A DNA stretch of 64,000 bases from Flavobacteriaceae bacterium (GTDB taxonomy: Bacteria; Bacteroidota; Bacteroidia; Flavobacteriales; Flavobacteriaceae). Positions 10,567 to 18,135 of this stretch are shown in pieces. Within the stretch, counting starts at the first letter, position 1; every line of letters starts with the position of its first letter. The position numbers and the translations under genes are program-made. Below the pieces are notes generated by a model that searched no databases, was not told the DNA's origin, and saw only the letters and a list, made by a program, of their open reading frames with translations. The DNA lies in NCBI GenBank assembly GCA_965659555.1, contig CBFHVY010000002.1, positions 12,287-76,286 on the forward strand, given 5' to 3'.

Positions 10567-10593
10567 GACGGATAGCGTTACAAAAAGGTTACA
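10567..10593 (-). promoter_or_regulatory. ECF-type promoter for the DUF6249 gene
   Basis: - strand TGTAACC-N16-CGTC. Confidence 0.6.
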
Positions 10594-10638
10594 ACTTTTT
10601 AAATTTAATTCCTTTTTTAAAAAAAAATGTATCTAAAG

Positions 10639-10665
10639 TGTAACCTTTGTTTCATACTTTTCGTC
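10639..10665 (+). promoter_or_regulatory. ECF-type (autoregulatory) promoter for the sigma factor
   Basis: + strand TGTAACC-N16-CGTC, same spacing as the divergent copy. Confidence 0.6.
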
Positions 10666-10675
10666 ATTATATATA

Positions 10676-11263
10676 ATGACAACCAACAACGACCAACACT
10701 ATATAGATAAAGTATTAAAAGGAGATACGAATGCCTTTGGGCATTTAGTAGACACCTACAAAGATATGGTGTATTCTTTAGCGTTAAAGATGACCAAAAA
10801 TGTTGAAGATGCAGAAGAGGTTTCTCAAGATGCTTTTGTAAAAGCCTATAGTGCTCTTTCTGGATTTAAAGGAGATGCTAAATTTTCTACCTGGTTGTAT
10901 AGAATTGTATACCATACCGGTTTAGATAAAATTAAAAAGAATACCAGTAAACGCAAAGAAGTTGAAATTAATGAGTATACGGGAAATCAAATTCAAAGTG
11001 TAGATGATGTTTTACAGCATATAGATAGAGCAGAGCGTTCCGAAATGATGGCCACCTGTCTCGATCTTTTGCCTACCGATGAACGTACCGTATTGTGGTT
11101 GTTTTATTTTGAAGAAAAAAGTTTAAAAGAAATTATAGCCATAACCGCTATGAGTTCGAGTAATTTAAAAGTAAAGCTACATAGAGCACGAAAAAGATTA
11201 CTCGAGATTGTAAAAAATACTGTTGAACCTGAATTAATAAACCATTATGGAAGATCTAAATAA
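10676..11263 (+). CDS. ECF RNA polymerase sigma factor
   Basis: AEEVSQDAFVKAY, FSTWLYRI and region-4 HTH (SLKEIIA...NLKVKLHRARKRL). Confidence 0.92.
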   Translation: MTTNNDQHYIDKVLKGDTNAFGHLVDTYKDMVYSLALKMTKNVEDAEEVSQDAFVKAYSALSGFKGDAKFSTWLYRIVYHTGLDKIKKNTSKRKEVEINEYTGNQIQSVDDVLQHIDRAERSEMMATCLDLLPTDERTVLWLFYFEEKSLKEIIAITAMSSSNLKVKLHRARKRLLEIVKNTVEPELINHYGRSK

Positions 11264-11651
11264 GCAAAAAGCATATGATACATTTACTAAAAAGTATCTA
11301 AAAGAACTCACCTACGAGCGTCCTTCTAAAGATTTTACGGCTCAGGTTATACAGCGACTTCAAGAACAAGAAAGTATGTCTAAAATACCTGCTACTCCGT
11401 TAATTTCTTTATCCTCTTGGATCGGTATTGCAATTTCTCTTGTTGTTGGACTAGGCTATGCTCTTTCCTTTGAAAGTAAAGGTTGGTTTTCGTTACCTGA
11501 ACTTGATTTGAGTTTTCTAAAAGAGCTGTCGTTTAGCTTACCCACTTTTGAACTCTCCTTGTCTCAAACCATGGTCTATTGTGTGGCCTTTTTTGGTTCA
11601 CTATTGTTGTTTCAACTAGTTGCTTTAAGAGGGTTTTATCAAAAAGTATAA
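11247..11651 (+). CDS. Putative membrane anti-sigma factor
   Basis: Overlaps the sigma gene end; ERPSKDFTAQV N-terminus followed by two TM segments. Confidence 0.6.
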   Translation: MEDLNKQKAYDTFTKKYLKELTYERPSKDFTAQVIQRLQEQESMSKIPATPLISLSSWIGIAISLVVGLGYALSFESKGWFSLPELDLSFLKELSFSLPTFELSLSQTMVYCVAFFGSLLLFQLVALRGFYQKV

Positions 11652-11665
11652 ATCTTGGTACTAGT

Positions 11666-12181
11666 TTAAAAGGCTAGGTACATAATATGGTTTGGATTGG
11701 AATGCTTTGCCGATATTTTAAAATCATAACTTCCCACTCGTGTAAAGCCCATTTTGGTATAAAAAGCAATCGCTCTGTGATTTTCGGTCCATACCGCTAA
11801 CCAGATCCCTTTTTGGCCTGCCTTTTTGGCCAATTGAATATTGAAATCAAATAGTTGTTGTCCGAACCCTTTTCCGTAATATGCTTCTAACATGTACAAG
11901 CGCTCCATTTTAGTAATCGCAGGTTCTGTAACATTAGGATGTGGGGTATTAAAAATCACTTTTGAATATCCGGCTAGAGTCCCTGAGCTAAAGAAGAGGT
12001 AATAGGTATAGTTCGGATGGCTCAGTTCTTCCTCAAAACGTGCAACCGTAAAGTGTGATGTAACATACGAATCAATCTCTTTTTTTGGCGCACTATGTCC
12101 GTGAGCAGGTAAAAAAGAAGCCACACTTAGCGTTGCTAAGGCTGCAGCATCTTGGGGAGTTGCTTTTCTAATGGTTGTCAT
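11666..12181 (-). CDS. GNAT N-acetyltransferase (PaiA-like)
   Basis: MERLYML...YGKGFGQQL, IWLAVWTENHRAIAFY. ATG at 12181 preferred over track start 12190. Confidence 0.85.
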   Translation of the reverse strand: MTTIRKATPQDAAALATLSVASFLPAHGHSAPKKEIDSYVTSHFTVARFEEELSHPNYTYYLFFSSGTLAGYSKVIFNTPHPNVTEPAITKMERLYMLEAYYGKGFGQQLFDFNIQLAKKAGQKGIWLAVWTENHRAIAFYTKMGFTRVGSYDFKISAKHSNPNHIMYLAF

Positions 12182-12233
12182 TTCTAACACACTTTAATAG
12201 GCGCAAAAATACAGCAATAAAAAACATAAATTC

Positions 12234-12269
12234 AAAAAAAAACCTCCTTAGAATTAAGGAGGTTTTTTT
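12234..12269 (-). terminator. htpG terminator
   Basis: AACCTCCTTA-GAAT-TAAGGAGGTT flanked by A and T runs. Confidence 0.85.
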
Positions 12270-12293
12270 GTAGTTAAGTACAACTTAGACTAC

Positions 12294-14177
12294 TTATTTA
12301 ATTAACTCGTAACTGCGTTTAATAAAGTTGGTTAACTCTTCGCCATGCAATAGGTTTTGAGATAATTTCGCTAAATCGAAAGCTTGCTTAATTAAACGTT
12401 GTTGTTTCTTCTCTGTTTTGGTGTTTAGTATTTCTGACACTAACTCGTGGTTGGTATTTACTACCAGGTTATACATTTCTGGTAAGTTACCCATGCCCAT
12501 CATACCGCCACCGGTAGCGCTCATTTCCTTCATTCTTCTCATAAATTCAGGAACGGTAATCATAAATGGAGAAGCATTAGAATCCATAGCCTCTAACTGA
12601 ACGGTATATGTTTCTTTTGGAATGCTATTTTCTAAAATAGGTTTCAGTTTGTCTTTTTCCTCATCGCTCAATTTACTCAATACTGTATCCTCTTTTTTGA
12701 TTAATACATCAATAGGATCTGCATCTACGCGAGCAAATTTTACCTTCTCATTCGACGTTTCTAGTTTTTGCATTAAGTGCGATACAATTGGAGAGTCTAA
12801 TAATAAGACTTCATACCCTTTTTCTTTTGCATCTTGAATATAGCTATGTTGCGCATCTTTGTTTGCTGCATATAAGATAATGTGGTTACCCTCTTTATCT
12901 GTTTGTGCCGCTTTGGTTTTTTCGAGTAACTCGTCAAAGGTAAAGTAGCTATTATCTACCGTTGGGTATAAGGCAAACTTTTTAGCTTTATCGAAGAATT
13001 TGTCTTCAGATAGCATTCCGTATTCAATAATGACTTTTATATCGTTCCACTTTGCTTCAAAGTCTTCTCGGTTGTTTTTAAATAAAGAGCTGAGTTTATC
13101 GGCTACTTTTTTGGTAATATATCCCGAGATTTTCTTTACTGCACCATCGGCTTGTAGGTAACTTCTCGATACGTTTAAAGGAATGTCTGGACTATCAATC
13201 ACCCCTTTTAACATCTGTAAAAAGTCGGGTACTATACCTTCTACATTATCGGTAACAAACACTTGGTTTTGATACAATTGGATTTTATCTTTCTGCATGT
13301 CTAAGTTCTGACTCAACTTAGGGAAGTATAAAATACCGGTAAGGTTAAAAGGATAGTCTACATTGAGGTGAATGTGAAATAAAGACTCTTCAAATTGCAT
13401 TGGGTACAATTCTCTGTAGAAGTTTTTATAGTCTTCCTCTTCTAGATCTGCAGGTTTTTTTGTCCAAGCAGGATCTGTATTGTTGATGATATTATCTACC
13501 GTTATTTTTTCTGGCTTAGCGTCTTTATCTGCTCCTTCTGGTAATGGAAGGGTTTCTTCTTTGGTACCAAATTTAATAGGCACTTGGTTAAAACGATTGT
13601 ATTTGGTAAGCAGTTCTCTAATCTTACTGTCTTCTAAAAACTCGGTAGAGTCTTCTGCAATATGAAGCACTATTTCTGTTCCGCGGTCTGATTTGTCGTG
13701 TGCTTCTAAGGTATATTCTGGCGATCCGTCGCAAGTCCAATGTGCTGCTGGCTCATCTTTGTAAGACTTGGTAATAATTTCTACTTTTTCTGCAACCATA
13801 AAAGCAGAGTAGAATCCTAATCCAAAATGACCAATAACTCCGGTGTCATTTTTATCGTCTTTGTATTTTTCTAAAAATTCTTCGGCACCAGAAAAAGCAA
13901 TTTGGTTGATGTATTTTTCAACCTCTTCGGCGGTCATTCCAAGTCCTTGATCTTTAATGGTGAGTGTTTTCTTTTTCTTGTCGATGCTCACTTCAATCTT
14001 GGTGTCGCCAAGTTCTACTTGAGCTTCTCCAATAGAAATGAGGTGTTTTAATTTGGTGGTGGCGTCTGTACCGTTCGAAATTAATTCTCTTAAAAATATC
14101 TCGTGGTCAGAATATAAAAACTTCTTGATTAATGGAAAGATATTTTCTACCGATACATTAATGTTTCCTGTACTCAT
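12294..14177 (-). CDS. htpG: Hsp90 chaperone HtpG
   Basis: EIFLRELISN, KDQGLGMT, IGHFGLGFYSAF, IPLNVSRSYLQ. Confidence 0.97.
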   Translation of the reverse strand: MSTGNINVSVENIFPLIKKFLYSDHEIFLRELISNGTDATTKLKHLISIGEAQVELGDTKIEVSIDKKKKTLTIKDQGLGMTAEEVEKYINQIAFSGAEEFLEKYKDDKNDTGVIGHFGLGFYSAFMVAEKVEIITKSYKDEPAAHWTCDGSPEYTLEAHDKSDRGTEIVLHIAEDSTEFLEDSKIRELLTKYNRFNQVPIKFGTKEETLPLPEGADKDAKPEKITVDNIINNTDPAWTKKPADLEEEDYKNFYRELYPMQFEESLFHIHLNVDYPFNLTGILYFPKLSQNLDMQKDKIQLYQNQVFVTDNVEGIVPDFLQMLKGVIDSPDIPLNVSRSYLQADGAVKKISGYITKKVADKLSSLFKNNREDFEAKWNDIKVIIEYGMLSEDKFFDKAKKFALYPTVDNSYFTFDELLEKTKAAQTDKEGNHIILYAANKDAQHSYIQDAKEKGYEVLLLDSPIVSHLMQKLETSNEKVKFARVDADPIDVLIKKEDTVLSKLSDEEKDKLKPILENSIPKETYTVQLEAMDSNASPFMITVPEFMRRMKEMSATGGGMMGMGNLPEMYNLVVNTNHELVSEILNTKTEKKQQRLIKQAFDLAKLSQNLLHGEELTNFIKRSYELIK

Positions 14178-14388
14178 AGTTCGTGTGTTTAGTTTTAGTA
14201 TGCTTCCTCTATGTCAAAAAAAATACCAAAAGCAATCTTGTGACAAGATGACAGCACACTATCGTGGTGTTTAGTTTGTGGGGTGCTTTTGGAGTGGAAG
14301 ATTGTAGTTTGTGAAAAAATACGGTAGTATTGGGGTGTTAAGGGGATGTGCATCATACACATTGTTGTGTCTATTGCTTTTAGGTTTT

Positions 14389-16683
14389 GTTGGGCACAGT
14401 TATTCTATTCTTTTTCATTTTCCAGAACTATAAGATCAGCCCTTTCCTTTAGGACCTCTTTACAATAAGATCCAATATTAGTCCCTTTGATTTTAACACT
14501 GTCACCATTCTCTCTTTTGTAACAATCATCATCCATACTAGCTAATCTCGAGTTTTCAAGGGCGCTATCACTTAGAGCTTTTACATCAATTATAGCAATG
14601 GTTTTGCCATTATGTGTGACTTTTCTAATTTTTGGGATTGGATTCAATCCGTCAGTACAACTTGAAATTTTTTGAGACATACTTTGTTTTAAAGTGTCCC
14701 AGTCTTTTTTAATTTTTAGATCTGTAAAATCTATTCCTTTAACCTCCCATGTACCATCTTCAATTCCAATAACTATCCTTCCACCTAAATAATTTGAGAA
14801 TGCTGTTACAGTTTTTATTATTCCCTTGATCGCTTCATCTTTATTTTGATGTAATTCTCCTTGTGCTTTTAGTCTTTTAGTATCTGTAAAGAAAGCTTCT
14901 TTAATTTCTAAGTCGATATGTTCAGAATCTATCTTTAATTTGTCTAAAATTTCAAGTATTTCTGGGTCAGCCATATCCTTCATTAATGCCTCACAGAATT
15001 TAGGTTTTGAAACTCTAATTAGCTTAAGAAAGTCTTTAAAAAGTTGTTGTTTTCCTCCTTCACCGATACGCTTCCAGTTTTTAATTTCCTCTTTGGATCT
15101 CAATTTGTTCACTGAATCAATAATAGGAATCAAATATGTCTCAAATTCATTTTTGACAGTAATATAGTCGTCAATTCTTATTGACTCTAACAGGTCATTT
15201 TTATGAAGCTCCTTTAATACTTCTGTAAACACTTTTAAGAGAGCACCAAATCCTTGATTGGATCTAAGTAGGTTAAGTGTTTTGTCTCTACGATTCCAAT
15301 GTTCTGTACCTCTTTCTTGAATAACTTGAAACCATAGAGAGATTAGTGAAAAAGCGACACTATCTTTTTTATTTGGAATTCTTAAGAGAGACATAGTTGC
15401 TTCGATATCCTCGATAACTTTTTCACTTTTAATAGCAGTGCATACTGACTCTAAAGTTAGTTTTGGCTCCTTTTTAGAATATGCTGCGCTATCATATTTT
15501 ATAATGCCAAACAAAGAACTTTCTTCATTTTCATTTAACGATTTAACCAATGTCGATATTCGATACTTTATATCATCAACTTCTAATATTGTTGGGTAAA
15601 GATCCCACAATAGACTCGGGCTTACTTTGGTTTGCTTTTCATTAATATCAATGAAAGTTTTTATTTGGTCTTCCAAATTCATTTTGTCGAACGCCACCAC
15701 ATAAATGAGGTCCTTAGTAGACTGATCAAGACCATCATATGCAAAAAGTCTATGTTGACCATCTATTACATTAACAGATTGATATTGTTTAGGTAAGGTA
15801 AGTGTTCCGTGTTGTATATCATTAATTGCTTTACCGGCAGGTTTAAAATTATGTTTATCAGATTCTAATGAAATAATGATATTCGTTGGAAAGATTCCGC
15901 GTTCATCACGAATAAACTTCTTAATAGCATTGACTTTAGTTTTTTTAATTAATCGCTGATAATTATGATTTAAATCGTCTTCGAAATCTAATTTCCTATG
16001 GGGAACTGTTGAAAGAGGAATAAGCGTGGAAGGATGTACCCCAAATAAATATGCGTATGATTTACTGCCATATTTGGTTCTTATTGCTGGTATTGTAAGA
16101 TCTTCAGAAGTCATAGATCTAATTTGTTGGCCTTTACACAAATAAGACACTAACTGGAAATAGGCCAATCTTGAGTATTGACTTTTGAGTTCAATAAAAT
16201 ACTCTATGATTGCTGGGTTCAAATAGACAATACCTTTTCTATTTAGTTTTTCTCTATCAGTGTCTGAGATAGATCTATTATTACAGTACACGAAAACGAC
16301 ATTTTTTTTCTCTGTTTCGGGATTACCTGATTCATATTTTCTAATGTCATCTACTTCAGAGGACCATTGTTTAATCTTTAGAGAGTCATTTTGCTGAGTT
16401 GTACATTCAATATAAATTCTTGACTCATTTGATTCAGCTATTACGTCTATTTTTTTTGATGATAATTCAGATTCCTTTTTTCCATATTTAACTTCGCACT
16501 CTCTTCCGATATTAAGTTTTTCAAAACCTAATTTGTAAAACAATAACCAAGCTTCATTTTCTAAAGCCTCATCATTTTGAACCTCTTCACTTTCTCTTTT
16601 CTTTGCTTCTGTTTTGAGTAATGACTTCGAATCATTAAAGTTGTCTGAAATTATTATCATATGTTTTTTTTATTGTGCCCAAC
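14389..16683 (-). mobile_element. Solitary integron-like gene cassette carrying the DGQHR-Schlafen gene
   Basis: On the - strand GTTGGGCACA (16683-16674; GTTRRRY core) lies 13 nt before the ATG, and TGTGCCCAAC (14398-14389; RYYYAAC inverse core) lies 6 nt after the stop. The two are perfect reverse complements. No integrase in the window. Confidence 0.55.
14405..16660 (-). CDS. Three-domain protein: PD-(D/E)xK-like N-terminus, DGQHR (DndB-like) domain, C-terminal Schlafen/AlbA_2 domain; candidate defence protein
   Basis: KKIDVIAE...IYIECTT; FPTNIIIS...VNVIDGQHRLFAY...TFIDINEKQTKV; SEHIDLEIKE...KTVTAFSNYLGGRIVIGIED...CYKRENGDSV. Confidence 0.85.
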   Translation of the reverse strand: MIIISDNFNDSKSLLKTEAKKRESEEVQNDEALENEAWLLFYKLGFEKLNIGRECEVKYGKKESELSSKKIDVIAESNESRIYIECTTQQNDSLKIKQWSSEVDDIRKYESGNPETEKKNVVFVYCNNRSISDTDREKLNRKGIVYLNPAIIEYFIELKSQYSRLAYFQLVSYLCKGQQIRSMTSEDLTIPAIRTKYGSKSYAYLFGVHPSTLIPLSTVPHRKLDFEDDLNHNYQRLIKKTKVNAIKKFIRDERGIFPTNIIISLESDKHNFKPAGKAINDIQHGTLTLPKQYQSVNVIDGQHRLFAYDGLDQSTKDLIYVVAFDKMNLEDQIKTFIDINEKQTKVSPSLLWDLYPTILEVDDIKYRISTLVKSLNENEESSLFGIIKYDSAAYSKKEPKLTLESVCTAIKSEKVIEDIEATMSLLRIPNKKDSVAFSLISLWFQVIQERGTEHWNRRDKTLNLLRSNQGFGALLKVFTEVLKELHKNDLLESIRIDDYITVKNEFETYLIPIIDSVNKLRSKEEIKNWKRIGEGGKQQLFKDFLKLIRVSKPKFCEALMKDMADPEILEILDKLKIDSEHIDLEIKEAFFTDTKRLKAQGELHQNKDEAIKGIIKTVTAFSNYLGGRIVIGIEDGTWEVKGIDFTDLKIKKDWDTLKQSMSQKISSCTDGLNPIPKIRKVTHNGKTIAIIDVKALSDSALENSRLASMDDDCYKRENGDSVKIKGTNIGSYCKEVLKERADLIVLENEKE

Positions 16684-17019
16684 TATGTGCTAAGTGTATA
16701 TGGCATTTACTCATTTCTATCCTTAAGGATAGGAAGCCCCTTAAAATCCTCATCATACGCCTCTAAAAGCGATCGAGTGCTTGTTTATGATTTGCAAGAG
16801 ATGTTCAGTTTTTAAAACTATTAAAAAATAGTTAGACTTACCTCATTTGTATTGGTGAAATTTTAAACCCACCAAAACTAGTTAAACGCAAAAGCTATAT
16901 TAAAGCGTCATACAAAAACCACAGGAGTTGCGAATAACAACACAAAATGAGATTACGCTTGTTATAGGTGCTGTACCGCTGAATGTTGGCATCACCCTTT
17001 TGAGTTGATTTTTTATTGG

Positions 17020-17027
17020 TATTTTTG
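17020..17027 (+). promoter_or_regulatory. Bacteroidota sigma-A -7 element for fabH
   Basis: TATTTTTG matches TAnnTTTG, with TTTG at 16999-17002 upstream. Confidence 0.45.
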
Positions 17028-17066
17028 TTACCTTGTACAACAAACAAACAAATTCAACGGATAAAT

Positions 17067-18074
17067 ATGTATACTTCTAAAATAACAGGATTAGGTTATT
17101 TTGTGCCCGACAATGTGGTGACCAATGACGACCTAAAGCAGTGGATGGAAACGAGTGATGAATGGATTCAAGAACGTACGGGTATTCAAGAGCGAAGATG
17201 GATAGACCCTGCTACTGGAGAAACCACGTCTACCATGGCGGTTAAAGCGTCTAAAATAGCCATAGAAAGAGCCGGGCTCACCAAAGATGATATCGATTTT
17301 ATTGTCTTTGCTACCCTAAGTCCCGATATGTATTTTCCTGGTGGAGGGGTTCGCGTACAAGATATGTTAGACATGCCTACTGTGGGAGCGCTCGATGTTC
17401 GAAATCAATGTTCTGGGTTTATTTATGCCTTGTCTGTTGCCGATCAGTTTATCAAAACCGGGATGTATAAAAATATTTTAGTAATTGGTTCCGAAAACCA
17501 CTCAGGTGGTTTAGAACGTTCTACGCGTGGTAGAAATGTTACCGTTATTTTTGGTGATGGGGCAGGAGCTGCGGTATTATCGAGATCGGAAACCCCTGGA
17601 AGAGGTATCTTATCGTCTCATCTGCATTCTGAAGGAAAACACGCTAAAGAATTGGCCCTTGAAGGACCTTCTACCGGACGTTGGGTTCCAGAAATTTTGG
17701 AGGCTAATGACCCCGAAGATATTTCATACTATCCGTATATGAATGGTCAGTTTGTGTTTAAACATGCTGTGGTTCGTTTTTCCGAAGCAATTATTGAAGG
17801 ATTGCAAGCCAATAACCTTCAAAAAGAAGATATCGATATGTTGATACCGCATCAAGCGAATTTGCGTATCGCACAATTTATTCAAAAGAAATTTCAACTC
17901 TCCGACGATCAGGTGTACAATAATATTATGAAGTATGGTAATACTACAGCTGCTTCTGTTATTATTGCCCTTACCGAGGCTTGGGAGTTGGGTAAAATTA
18001 AAGATAACGACCTGGTGGTATTGGCCGCTTTTGGTAGTGGATTTACCTGGGGTAGTGTGGTCATTCGCTGGTAA
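17067..18074 (+). CDS. fabH: 3-oxoacyl-ACP synthase III
   Basis: NQCSGF (catalytic Cys), FGDGAGA, PHQAN, YGNTTAAS. ATG at 17067 preferred over track start 17016. Confidence 0.93.
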   Translation: MYTSKITGLGYFVPDNVVTNDDLKQWMETSDEWIQERTGIQERRWIDPATGETTSTMAVKASKIAIERAGLTKDDIDFIVFATLSPDMYFPGGGVRVQDMLDMPTVGALDVRNQCSGFIYALSVADQFIKTGMYKNILVIGSENHSGGLERSTRGRNVTVIFGDGAGAAVLSRSETPGRGILSSHLHSEGKHAKELALEGPSTGRWVPEILEANDPEDISYYPYMNGQFVFKHAVVRFSEAIIEGLQANNLQKEDIDMLIPHQANLRIAQFIQKKFQLSDDQVYNNIMKYGNTTAASVIIALTEAWELGKIKDNDLVVLAAFGSGFTWGSVVIRW

Positions 18075-18090
18075 GCGAAGCTATAAAACA

Positions 18091-18120
18091 AAAAGCCAGC
18101 GCATTGCGCTGGCTTTTTTT
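18091..18120. terminator. Bidirectional terminator
   Basis: AAAAGCCAGCGCA-T-TGCGCTGGCTTTTTTT. Confidence 0.85.
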
Positions 18121-18135
18121 ATATACCTAGGGAGT

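Noticed and set aside
14038-14274. 78-aa + strand ORF next to the cassette, considered as a partner gene
   Set aside because: It overlaps the htpG start antisense and the htpG promoter and shows no recognisable motif; most likely spurious.
14178-17066. Integrase, transposase or dnd partner genes for the DGQHR gene
   Set aside because: The flanks are 227 and ~400 bp with no long ORF, and no tyrosine recombinase, DDE transposase or dndACDE gene appears anywhere in the ORF track.
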